A stretch of 64,000 nt of DNA from an uncultured Gammaproteobacteria bacterium. GTDB taxonomy: Bacteria > Patescibacteriota > Microgenomatia > JALYQM01. Numbering within the stretch: the first letter of the stretch is position 1; each line of letters opens with the position of its first letter. This document shows positions 1-8,843 of the stretch, one piece after another. The DNA lies in the NCBI GenBank assembly GCA_964403585.1, contig CAYOFQ010000001.1, positions 1,408,826 through 1,472,825 on the forward strand, written 5' to 3'. The position numbers and the translations under genes were made by a program. Under the pieces are notes generated by a model that searched no databases, was not told the DNA's origin, and was given only the letters and a program-made list of their open reading frames with translations.

Positions 1-203
1 GGGATAAGAAACGTATCATAGTCAAATCGCACAAGCGACTGCAATAATGTTTCCCAGACAATAATACCGTCAGTCGAGCCCGACTCCTGCTTAACCTGAT
101 GAAATTTTGAACTCAAATATGATAAAGGCTTCATATATCCAGGGATAGCATTAATAATAAAAATGTAGTATAATAACCCATAGTATTTTTTGATGGACAA
201 AAC

Positions 204-698
204 ATGGACAAATACCCAATAAGCAGGTTCATTGTCTCACCACAAACTGAGGCTAACCGAGTCCTCCACACCATGGTACAAACCGCCAATGGTTTCTATT
301 TTACGCATAAATTTGCCGTATTACCGTATTTAGAAGCAAAGAATCCCTCATCGGTCCACCTTCCCAAGCTGGATTTCAGTCAGAACGATCTCTGGACTAA
401 TCTGAAAGAAATACATGACGTAATTCCATTAAATTATCCAGAATCTCAAAGTCAGGCGGTAGAAAAGCTACTCTCCCCTATCTCCAGTGAAGTATCTCAA
501 ACAGCAGGCAGATTTAAAGAGGAATGGGGAAAAGTCGAGGCCAGATTCTGGAAATTCATCAACGAGGTTATGCCGGCATATGTCAACAATATCGAAGATA
601 TTGAAGTCAGAGTGACACAGTATGGCTCCAAAGTATCGTTTGAACGCGTATCGGCAACTCAAAAAAACGATTTTATTGCTACATCCGTGAGGATATGA
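204..698 (+). CDS. hypothetical protein (164 aa)
   Basis: Long ORF whose stop overlaps the next start (ATGA at 695-698), suggesting an operon with the next gene. No recognisable motif. Confidence 0.4.
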   Translation: MDKYPISRFIVSPQTEANRVLHTMVQTANGFYFTHKFAVLPYLEAKNPSSVHLPKLDFSQNDLWTNLKEIHDVIPLNYPESQSQAVEKLLSPISSEVSQTAGRFKEEWGKVEARFWKFINEVMPAYVNNIEDIEVRVTQYGSKVSFERVSATQKNDFIATSVRI

Positions 699-1219
699 GT
701 ATCGCGAACATTGGTGAAGCCATTATTCAGGGGTTACTTTATGCCGAGAATGAACACCATCCTATGTCCTGGGAAGCCAAAGAAAGTATTGCCGACTTTC
801 TCATCCAAAAACTAGTTGAAAAGGACATCTTTCAAGAATTTAAGCCTACCCTTGCCCCTCTTAATCAACAATCAGATAACCTGCTCAAAAAATCCAATGA
901 ATATTTAGCTATGCTTGGTTTCTGTTTTGAAAAACCATTCAAAAAAGATAATAACTTAGTATATTTAAACAACACTGTCATCTCAGCGAAACTTACCTCA
1001 ATACAACACATTATTCTTGCATTATTAATAGATAAGGAAAATCAAACAGTAAGTTACGACGAGCTCGGAGATATTATCTGGACACAGGAAGATGACTTTT
1101 CTATCTGGGCAATCAATAAAAATCTACAACGCCTTAGAACTAAACTGATTTCACTCGGCGCTAAACCGGATTGTATTCAACCGGTTAAAGGAAAAGGATA
1201 TTGCTTAAATAATCTTTAA
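695..1219 (+). CDS. OmpR/PhoB-type winged-helix DNA-binding (trans_reg_C-like) domain protein without receiver domain
   Basis: C-terminal segment VSYDELGDIIW...LRTKL...IQPVKGKGYCL matches the OmpR/PhoB effector-domain pattern (recognition helix, then RxxL...hxTVRGxGYxL). No Asp-receiver region at the N-terminus. Confidence 0.5.
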   Translation: MSIANIGEAIIQGLLYAENEHHPMSWEAKESIADFLIQKLVEKDIFQEFKPTLAPLNQQSDNLLKKSNEYLAMLGFCFEKPFKKDNNLVYLNNTVISAKLTSIQHIILALLIDKENQTVSYDELGDIIWTQEDDFSIWAINKNLQRLRTKLISLGAKPDCIQPVKGKGYCLNNL

Positions 1220-1389
1220 GTTACTCCTCCTCCGTATCATTCGGAGCAACAGCAATAAATTCCTCCTGATCTTCAGGATACTGATACCCTGTTTGATCAA
1301 GGCCAAGTCGCTTATTCTCGCGGCTTATCTCTTCAAGCACAGTATCGTAATCAGAATTGTACATTCGCACCTCCTATAAAAATAAGTAT

Positions 1390-1418
1390 AAAAAAAGGAC
1401 AGCCATCAGGCTGCCCCT
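1390..1418 (-). terminator. putative intrinsic terminator downstream of the sod gene
   Basis: On the minus strand, GC hairpin (ggcagcc/ggctgtc) followed by TTTTTTT (A-run 1391-1396 on plus), about 140 nt after the sod stop. Confidence 0.35.
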
Positions 1419-1560
1419 ACATTGATTCCAATTTCCACAAGAAGTCTATCCACCATACTATCTCCAAAGAGAGAACATATATCTTGAATACACCATATCA
1501 TACTCTGCATGTAAAGAGTATAGTCATCAATTGGTTATTATGGAGGACATTAAAAAGACA

Positions 1561-2241
1561 TCAGTGTCCACAATGTCCACCGCAACCACAACCTTCACCT
1601 TCACAAGCACAACCCTCTTCACCTTCATCACAGCCACAACCAACAGCCATTTCCCAATTTTTTTCTACAGCTTTCCAATCTAAATTCTTTAAGAAGGCAT
1701 CAACATATTTCGCCCGTGCCACACCATAGTCAATAAAATAAGCATGTTCATAAGTGTCTAAGGCTAAGATTGGCGTTGCATTCCAGACCGGAAAAGTATT
1801 TTGTGAATCACCTAAATAATTAAATAAATGCCCGAGGTCGTTATCCCAGGCCAACCAAACCCATCCCCTGGCGGCAATAGCCGTAGCCTTTAGATCCTGT
1901 TCCCATTTTTCGTAGGATCCGAAGCACTTGGTGATCATTTCCAAAAGTTCGCCCTCGGGTCGACCACCCTGTCCACCCAGATGACCAAAATAAATTTCGT
2001 GATTCTTAACACCACCAAGTGCGAAGGTTAGTTCAGCTTTGAGTACACGTAATTGCGAGTAAATCTGGTTAGCATTGGCATAGTCCTCGTCCGTAAGAGT
2101 CTCAATTTTATCCATGATCTCGTTATATTTTTTAACGTATCCTTGGTATAATTTGATGTGCTCTTCCTGAGTTTTGGCACTAATACCATCCATTTTCATC
2201 AGAGCATCACTAAAAGTTTTTGGTTCAAGCACAGTATGCAT
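1561..2241 (-). CDS. Fe/Mn-family superoxide dismutase with Cys/Gly/His-rich C-terminal extension
   Basis: Motifs GGVKNHEIYFGHL and DTYEHAYFIDYG (the DxWEHAYY metal-ligand motif). 226 aa ending in GCGCDEGEEGCACEGEGCGCGGHCGH. Confidence 0.8.
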   Translation of the reverse strand: MHTVLEPKTFSDALMKMDGISAKTQEEHIKLYQGYVKKYNEIMDKIETLTDEDYANANQIYSQLRVLKAELTFALGGVKNHEIYFGHLGGQGGRPEGELLEMITKCFGSYEKWEQDLKATAIAARGWVWLAWDNDLGHLFNYLGDSQNTFPVWNATPILALDTYEHAYFIDYGVARAKYVDAFLKNLDWKAVEKNWEMAVGCGCDEGEEGCACEGEGCGCGGHCGH

Positions 2242-2278
2242 TAAAATATTCCTCCCGGGAACTAACAGTATACCTGAA

Positions 2279-2656
2279 TTATATCACTTCACCTTCAATT
2301 TCATCTCCCGGATTTTCATCAATATCTGCTATTACCACACCTTTATGTTGCCCCGGCTTATTGACCGGCCAGCCATAGCCCGCCGACATCTGATTAGCCT
2401 GCATCTCATCATACAGTGCCTCATCCTGTTCACCACTGTCTTGCAGTGCACCATCTAAAGCATTCGAGTTGTCGACATTACTTCGCGCTTCCTCTACATA
2501 GGATTTATCTGTCCCGGTGTCTCCGGCGGTGCCAACCACATTAAACGGGCCAATCTCCCCATGGGCATTAGGATGAGAGTATTGTAATCCCATTTTAAGT
2601 GCTTTATCATCGATTTTAATTGTGTCGTCATAACTTGCCATAAGACCTCCTAACAT
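2279..2656 (-). CDS. hypothetical acidic protein (125 aa)
   Basis: ORF with 2-nt spacing to the upstream ORF, same strand as sod. No motif. Confidence 0.35.
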   Translation of the reverse strand: MLGGLMASYDDTIKIDDKALKMGLQYSHPNAHGEIGPFNVVGTAGDTGTDKSYVEEARSNVDNSNALDGALQDSGEQDEALYDEMQANQMSAGYGWPVNKPGQHKGVVIADIDENPGDEIEGEVI

Positions 2657-2658
2657 AG

Positions 2659-3114
2659 CTACATCTTCACCACAGTACCGTCGTCATCAATCATGTATGA
2701 AACATTGGCTTGTCGATACGGAGATTCAACAATAGTATCCGAAATATCCGCAACTGAAGTTGGCATTTTAGCTCGGCGGTTATTTTGCTTTGCCATAAAA
2801 AACTGTTCCCATCCGTTCATAGCTTCATCTTCATCATCAGTATCATCGTCAACAAAAGTGTAGGGAACTTTTTGTAGCTGTGCCTCTTCCTGATATGGAT
2901 CCCAATCAAGAGTTCTATTTTTCTTATAAACAATACCTTTGCGTGATTTCATAAATTGTTCCTCCTCGGTACTATTGAAAAAATCACCTGCGTTTTTAAT
3001 TAAATTTGTAATGACTCCCACAGTACCTCCTTCTCTACCCACAGAACGCAAAGTATAAGAAGAAGGTGGGCAGAATTTTATATATACTAATAAAGTAATG
3101 AAAGTATATAGCAA
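2659..3114 (-). CDS. hypothetical protein (151 aa)
   Basis: ORF tightly linked to 2279-2656. Acidic DDDTDDEDE stretch. Confidence 0.35.
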   Translation of the reverse strand: MLYTFITLLVYIKFCPPSSYTLRSVGREGGTVGVITNLIKNAGDFFNSTEEEQFMKSRKGIVYKKNRTLDWDPYQEEAQLQKVPYTFVDDDTDDEDEAMNGWEQFFMAKQNNRRAKMPTSVADISDTIVESPYRQANVSYMIDDDGTVVKM

Positions 3115-3192
3115 TAATATAAGATTTGCAAGAGGTTAAAAGCATCCGGATAGAATTAATTATATGCCTTAAACAATGGGAAATTCTTTATT

Positions 3193-4353
3193 TTACTTGG
3201 TACCGCAAGCCGTCTGGGTCGCGTCGGCTGCCGACTTATGAATATTCACAATCCCTAAGCTATTAATAACAGTCGTGTAAGGAACATTGAGATAGGTTAT
3301 CGAGGTTCCGTCAACACTGTTCAGATTGTAAATAATACCGCCGGGGCTTGCACAGGTACCGGAATGAATATGCGCCGGCTGTGCCGTATAGTTTCCACCA
3401 AAGAGGCTGAGTGAAACACGGGTCTGATTCGCGCTCATTTCAGTGATAACTGCGTAACCGCTCTGTCCTGAGTTACCTTGGGTCTGCAGATATACTGCAG
3501 TTTCTTGAGCACCTGGTCCTGGGGTTGTTGTTGGCTGTACGGTTGGATCTGGCGTATTAGTCGGTGTTGGACTTGGTGTACGGGATGGTGTTGGTGAAGG
3601 TGTTCGCGAAGGAGTTGGCGTTGGGCTATTCGTCGGAATAAATGTCCCGTCATTGTTACAATCTATTCCCGGAACACAGGTTGGCGCAACACTTGAAGTC
3701 GGATCTGAAGTAGGAAGTGTAATTAATTGTGGGATTACTACTACAATGTACATTGAAAGTGCTGTCGAATTATTATCACTGGCCGGTCCAAAATTGATAA
3801 CGCTCCCCGCCGAACGCTGTGCAAAGTATGCATCGTAAACACCAATTTTCGCATTGCTGGAATTTTTGCGCAACAAATAATGGTTAAGAGACTGAAGGTC
3901 TACCGGATGAGCAGCGGTATTACTGGTAAAATCATTATCCAACCAGGCCGGCACCGCTGTCGGAGCAATTCGTCGGCGATAAAACACATAAACATTTGCA
4001 TCGGCCTTCAAGGTAATTGACCAGTTTAAATTGCGGTCGTTCTTTGCGGCAACATTATCCGTCTGAATATAGGTAAAATCACGCGGCAGAATACCGTTAG
4101 CTACATCATGAAAAGTAAACCGGGGATCATTAGCATAAATTTGGGCATTCTGTTGAACGCACTGTTTTGAAAAAGTATGACCGGGGGCTTGTGTAGTAAT
4201 ATCGAAAGCAGTTCCATTACACCCTTGTTGGGCACTGCTTGAATCAGATCGTGATAGCTGAGAAAGATTTAAAGCTGGAATTTGTATACCGACAATCACA
4301 AGTACGGTAAAAACCAGCGCAAACAAAACAATAAGTACATGTTTTTTATCCAT
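3193..4353 (-). CDS. secreted/cell-surface protein with N-terminal signal anchor and Pro/Thr-rich linker
   Basis: N-terminal hydrophobic helix (VLIVLFALVFTVLVIVGI). PT-rich linker PTPTPSRTPSPTPSRTPSPTPTNTP. C-terminal Cys-containing domain (AHIHSGTCASPGG). Confidence 0.5.
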   Translation of the reverse strand: MDKKHVLIVLFALVFTVLVIVGIQIPALNLSQLSRSDSSSAQQGCNGTAFDITTQAPGHTFSKQCVQQNAQIYANDPRFTFHDVANGILPRDFTYIQTDNVAAKNDRNLNWSITLKADANVYVFYRRRIAPTAVPAWLDNDFTSNTAAHPVDLQSLNHYLLRKNSSNAKIGVYDAYFAQRSAGSVINFGPASDNNSTALSMYIVVVIPQLITLPTSDPTSSVAPTCVPGIDCNNDGTFIPTNSPTPTPSRTPSPTPSRTPSPTPTNTPDPTVQPTTTPGPGAQETAVYLQTQGNSGQSGYAVITEMSANQTRVSLSLFGGNYTAQPAHIHSGTCASPGGIIYNLNSVDGTSITYLNVPYTTVINSLGIVNIHKSAADATQTACGTK

Positions 4354-4409
4354 CTCTTTTCAAGCGTAAGCTATTCGAAAAAGGTTGTCAAGAAATAGAT
4401 TTGGTTAAA

Positions 4410-5807
4410 TCAGCCTACAGAACCGGCCATATCGAGCTGTATTAAACGGTTCATTTCCACCGCATACTCCATCGGCAATTCCCGCAATATAGGTTCAACA
4501 AACCCCTGCACAATCATCGCTGCGGCCTGGTCCTCAGACAAACCCCGCGACATCAGATAAAACAATTGTTCCTCGCCGATCTTTCCGACACTTGCCTCAT
4601 GACCAATAGTAACATCCTGTTCTTCGATTTTCATATCCGGATAGGTGTCGGAAGCCGAAATATCATCCATTAATAAAGCATCACACTTAACCGTGGATTT
4701 ACAATTCTTTGCGTTCTTGGCAACTCGCAGTAACCCACGATAGGTCGTTCTTCCGCCATGCATGGAAATAGATTTAGAGGTAATAAGTGAGGTGGTATTC
4801 GACGCTAAGTGCACAGCCTTTCCACCGGCATCCTGGTGTTGGCCCTTTCCGGCAAAAGCCAGAGATAATACTTCACCGCGGGCGCCCGGTTCTTTAAGAA
4901 AAACCGACGGATACTTCATCGTGAGTTTCGATCCGATATTACCATCAACCCACTCCATCGTAGCAGCCCGATAAACAAATGCCCGCTTGGTAACTAAATT
5001 ATAGACATTATTGGACCAGTTTTGGATCGTGGTATACCGTACACGGGAGCCTGCCAGACAAACAATCTCAACAACTGCCGAATGGAGCGAATCAGTGGTA
5101 TAAATCGGCGCCGAACACCCTTCGACATAATGTACAAAAGATCCCTCATCGGCAATAATCAGCGTTCGCTCAAATTGTCCGGCGTTGGCTGCATTAATTC
5201 GAAAATATGCCTGCAAAGGAATCTCAACATGTACCCCTTTTGGCACATATATAAATGAACCACCACTCCAGACAGCACTATTCAAAGCTGCAAATTTATT
5301 ATCACCTGGCGGAATAATCGTACCAAAATATTTTTTAACAATTTCAGGGTAATCACGAACGGCACTATCCGTATCAGTAAAAATAACCCCCTGAGATTCC
5401 CACTTACCCTTTAAATTATGATAGACAACTTCGGAGTCATATTGCGACGATACCCCAGCCAGAAACTTCTTCTCGGCCTCAGGGATACCAATCTTGTCAA
5501 AGGTCCGCTTAATATCTTCCGGAACTTCCTCCCAGGTTCGCTCTTTTTTATCTGATGCTCTCAGAAAATAATGAATATCCTGAAAATCTATCTGAGATAA
5601 ATTTCCTCCCCAATTCGGCATTTTCTTTGCTTCAAAAATCTCATAGGCCTTCAAACGAAACTCCCGCATCCAATCCGGTTCATTTTTATAGCGGGAAATC
5701 GCCTCAACAACTTGGCGAGATAAACCCTTCGGTAATTTAACCGCATAATTTTCATCGCTTTCAAAGAAACCGTACTGGTATTGTCCAACCGGATTTGTAT
5801 CCTGCAT
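4410..5807 (-). CDS. sufB: Fe-S cluster assembly protein SufB
   Basis: 465 aa, full-length SufB-like sequence ([16 protein letters not shown]...[16 protein letters not shown]...) directly downstream of sufC. Confidence 0.9.
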   Translation of the reverse strand: MQDTNPVGQYQYGFFESDENYAVKLPKGLSRQVVEAISRYKNEPDWMREFRLKAYEIFEAKKMPNWGGNLSQIDFQDIHYFLRASDKKERTWEEVPEDIKRTFDKIGIPEAEKKFLAGVSSQYDSEVVYHNLKGKWESQGVIFTDTDSAVRDYPEIVKKYFGTIIPPGDNKFAALNSAVWSGGSFIYVPKGVHVEIPLQAYFRINAANAGQFERTLIIADEGSFVHYVEGCSAPIYTTDSLHSAVVEIVCLAGSRVRYTTIQNWSNNVYNLVTKRAFVYRAATMEWVDGNIGSKLTMKYPSVFLKEPGARGEVLSLAFAGKGQHQDAGGKAVHLASNTTSLITSKSISMHGGRTTYRGLLRVAKNAKNCKSTVKCDALLMDDISASDTYPDMKIEEQDVTIGHEASVGKIGEEQLFYLMSRGLSEDQAAAMIVQGFVEPILRELPMEYAVEMNRLIQLDMAGSVG

Positions 5808-5826
5808 AATACTCCTTCACGTACTT

Positions 5827-6096
5827 CTACTCGGTAGTGGTAGATAAATCAACAACTATCCTCCGCTGTCCCGGCATAAGCGGTGCTCCCCATCCGATAA
5901 ATTCAGTCTGAAATGCATTAACTATGAACATATTCATCCCTCGCGGACCAAAGTCAGACTGAAGGATACTCAACAAATAGTCCTGATTAACCGGACGTTG
6001 TCGCGACAACTCATCCTGAAGAGCTAAGCGCAGTTGGGCCTTAACAAGAGGATTCTCTACGGTAAAAGTAATCAAATCACCGACATATTCGTTCAT
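5827..6096 (-). CDS. small hypothetical protein inside the suf operon (89 aa)
   Basis: ORF between sufC and sufB, in the position where a sufD would be expected. No motif. Confidence 0.35.
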   Translation of the reverse strand: MNEYVGDLITFTVENPLVKAQLRLALQDELSRQRPVNQDYLLSILQSDFGPRGMNMFIVNAFQTEFIGWGAPLMPGQRRIVVDLSTTTE

Positions 6097-6107
6097 GAAC
6101 CCGTTCC

Positions 6108-6851
6108 TCAGAGAATTCCTTCATATCCCTTCTCCTCCACATACTCGCTCAACTCTTTGCCACCTTCTTTTGCAACTTTTCCATCAGCTACAATTGAAAC
6201 CACTTCAGGCTCCAGATACTTTAAAATTCGCATGTAATGCGTGATAACCAAAACTGACGACTCGGGATGTGCGTCAAGATACTCTCTAACCCGGTACGCT
6301 ACATGTTTTAACGCATCCACATCCAATCCTGAATCAACCTCATCCAAAACTATCAGTTTCGGCTGCAGTACCGCCATCTGTAATATCTCATTTCGCTTTT
6401 TTTCTCCTCCCGAAAATCCTTCATTAAGATTTCGTTTCTGCATCCCTTCCTTCATCCCCAGCTTCTTGACCTCTTCCTCTAACACCATCTTAAATTTGAG
6501 AACCGACAACGGCTTCTCATCTTTTGAACGCGCAACCTCGCGTTGCGCCATACGGAGGAACTGTTCTACAGGCACCCCCGCAACTTCCTGAGGATACTGA
6601 AAACTTAAAAACAATCCCTTCTTAGCTCGTTCATCAACACTCATCGACAATAAATCTTCACTCAAAAATTCAACTGCGCCACCGGTGACACGATAGCGGG
6701 GGTGGCCCGCTAAAGCATACGCCAAGGTGGATTTTCCAGAACCGTTTGGCCCCATAATGGCATGCACTTTGCCTGCCGAAACCTCAAGATTAAGGCCTTT
6801 TAAAATCTCTTTTTTCTCAACATCTACATGTAAATCGGTAATTTTAAGCAT
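6108..6851 (-). CDS. sufC: Fe-S cluster assembly ATPase SufC
   Basis: ABC ATPase: Walker A GPNGSGKST, signature FSGGEKKR, Walker B LIVLDEVDSGLD. Typical SufC length of 247 aa. Confidence 0.9.
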   Translation of the reverse strand: MLKITDLHVDVEKKEILKGLNLEVSAGKVHAIMGPNGSGKSTLAYALAGHPRYRVTGGAVEFLSEDLLSMSVDERAKKGLFLSFQYPQEVAGVPVEQFLRMAQREVARSKDEKPLSVLKFKMVLEEEVKKLGMKEGMQKRNLNEGFSGGEKKRNEILQMAVLQPKLIVLDEVDSGLDVDALKHVAYRVREYLDAHPESSVLVITHYMRILKYLEPEVVSIVADGKVAKEGGKELSEYVEEKGYEGIL

Positions 6852-6965
6852 ATCCTGGACATTATACAGAATAAAGAAATTTGAGGCAAATCAAAGGTCC
6901 GGATTATTCATGGGCCGCAGCCTGAACCGGCAACTGGAAACTGAACGTTGAACCTATCACAAGTA

Positions 6966-7000
6966 AAAAAGGGAGTCCGTGTTCTTATGAGAACGGACTC
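6966..7000 (-). terminator. intrinsic terminator (minus strand) ending a short transcription unit
   Basis: On the minus strand, the 12-bp stem gggagtccgttc...gaacggactccc followed by TTTTTT. Confidence 0.5.
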
Positions 7001-7032
7001 CCAAATATTCACCTATACGAGCAGGCGTTGTC

Positions 7033-7140
7033 TAGCGTTTGATTTTTCGAGTTGCATACCGAGGTGAACGATCCAGTACGGCTTCAACAACTGCTATTGC
7101 AACGGATAAACCTGCAAGAGAGATACCTAACGTTAACACT
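7033..7140 (-). CDS. small hydrophobic peptide (35 aa, MLTLGISLAGLSVAIAVVEAVLDRSPRYATRKIKR), GTG start
   Basis: Perfect SD GAAGGAGGTG 5 nt upstream of GTG. One predicted TM helix plus a basic tail. Sits between a near-consensus minus-strand promoter (TTGACT-17-TATATT at about 7216-7250) and the terminator at 6966-7000. Confidence 0.3.
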
Positions 7141-7215
7141 GGACCACCTCCTTCTTCGTCTTTCATAGACCCGGCGAAGAGTACTTCCCCGAACTATCAC
7201 GACTATAAACAATAT

Positions 7216-7250
7216 ACAGGGAATATAGCTGTTCTAATAGCACAAGTCAA
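7216..7250 (-). promoter_or_regulatory. sigma70-like promoter TTGACT-N17-TATATT driving the small-peptide transcript
   Basis: Read on the minus strand: ttgacttgtgctattagaacagctatatt. Confidence 0.4.
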
Positions 7251-7319
7251 GAGATAGAGAATTAAATATACTCGCCAGGTATTCCTCAGAAAGTTGAACA
7301 TATACTATATAATACCCGT

Positions 7320-8843
7320 ATGCTCAAGAAGATTGGTTCATTCATCTATCACCACTCTCCATACATTCTGGCTGGCATTATTACCTTACTGTATACAGCA
7401 TTAGCCCTTTTACGGCATTACCATTTCCGTACCTACGGATACGATTTAGGCATTTATGACCAAACGGTCTGGCTATACAGCCGATTCATCTATCCCTTTG
7501 TTACGGTGGAATACAAATTCGCCCTACTCAATCACTTCTCTCCCAGTCTGGCATTATTTGCTCCAATCTATTGGATCTGGAGCGACCCCAAAGCGCTCCT
7601 CATTCTGCAAGCCGTAATGATGGGAGCTTCAGCCATTCCCTTGAATAAAATTGGCAAAAAACTCGGTTTACCCGTCTATCTACGGGCAGTCCTGACAGTC
7701 TCATACCTGTTATTTTATGGATACCAGTATTCTATCAATTTCGACGTTCACTCAATTGTCTACGGAACTGTACTCATACCTTGGTTTATTCTCGCCCTCG
7801 AAAACAAACAATACCGGCGTGCAGCCATATTCATGGCGATAATTTTAGGGATGAAAGAAAGTTTTCCGGTCATGACCTTCTCCATCGGCGTCATATATTT
7901 TTTGCGAGGGCAAAAAAAGGTTGGTGCAATTGTCGCAGCAGCATCTTTAGCCTACATGTTTACCGTACTCAAAATTCTTTTCCCCATTATGGAAAACTTA
8001 ACCAATGAGTATTATCGCTTTAGGTCCTCTAATCCGACAACAATCCAGGATATCGTACTTAACCTATTTAATACTCCTGAAAAACGGGAAGTATGGTCAC
8101 TCAGTTCCTTGTGGTTTGCCCTCATTCCGCTATTTTCGCCCGTCACCCTCATTGCCGCAATTACCGATGTTTCGTTTTATTTTATTCTTGGAAACAATCA
8201 CACTGAGACAGGAAATATTTACTTACAGTATCGTTCATCACTTGCTCCCTTACTCGCCTGGGCAACAATCTACGGAGCATACAATCTCCATAACCTGAAT
8301 AAATATACCGTCCCGCGTACAAATAAAAAGCTTCCTTCAATACCTTACCTTTTTATTGCCATCCTCTTAGCTTGCTCCTGGGCATATTTTCAACACACCT
8401 ATCATCTTCCGCTCAATACCTTGAGTAAGAATGTTTGGTACACCTGGCCGCAATGGATCGAAGACAACCAGAAGTTGCTTAAGCAAGTTCCCCCGAACGT
8501 ACCGCTTGCAGTTCAGGACAACCTTATCCCGCATATTCAGCAAAGGAAAGAAATGCATATCCTGTGGGCATATAAATTAAATGACGGATACCGTATCTTT
8601 AATCCCGCCAATTCCCCTTGCGGTCAGGAAAAATGCTTCTGGCTTAGTTACCACAAGAATGTTAAGTACCTAGTAACCGACACCCACGAGGGGCAAGGCC
8701 CGAGAACGCTCTTAATGGAAAATGAGAAAAAACTTGATGAAGGATTGGCTAACATGGAAAAAGCCGGATTTATCAGTTTAGTAGCCCGTGAAGGCAAAGC
8801 GGCCCTCTGGAAAGTTAATAAATACCCTGAGGATACACTATAA
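7320..8843 (+). CDS. polytopic membrane protein, DUF2079-like
   Basis: 507 aa, multiple TM helices. N-terminal YGYDLGIYDQ motif typical of the DUF2079 membrane-protein family. Confidence 0.5.
   Translation: MLKKIGSFIYHHSPYILAGIITLLYTALALLRHYHFRTYGYDLGIYDQTVWLYSRFIYPFVTVEYKFALLNHFSPSLALFAPIYWIWSDPKALLILQAVMMGASAIPLNKIGKKLGLPVYLRAVLTVSYLLFYGYQYSINFDVHSIVYGTVLIPWFILALENKQYRRAAIFMAIILGMKESFPVMTFSIGVIYFLRGQKKVGAIVAAASLAYMFTVLKILFPIMENLTNEYYRFRSSNPTTIQDIVLNLFNTPEKREVWSLSSLWFALIPLFSPVTLIAAITDVSFYFILGNNHTETGNIYLQYRSSLAPLLAWATIYGAYNLHNLNKYTVPRTNKKLPSIPYLFIAILLACSWAYFQHTYHLPLNTLSKNVWYTWPQWIEDNQKLLKQVPPNVPLAVQDNLIPHIQQRKEMHILWAYKLNDGYRIFNPANSPCGQEKCFWLSYHKNVKYLVTDTHEGQGPRTLLMENEKKLDEGLANMEKAGFISLVAREGKAALWKVNKYPEDTL

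Noticed and set aside
1484-1729. 81-aa Pro/Gln/Ser-rich plus-strand ORF
   Set aside because: Antisense to the Cys/Gly-rich tail of the SOD gene; repetitive-codon shadow ORF.
7039-7257. 72-aa plus-strand ORF in the sufC upstream region
   Set aside because: No SD. Antisense to a promoter/SD/terminator-equipped small peptide unit on the minus strand. Pro/Ser-rich low-complexity translation.
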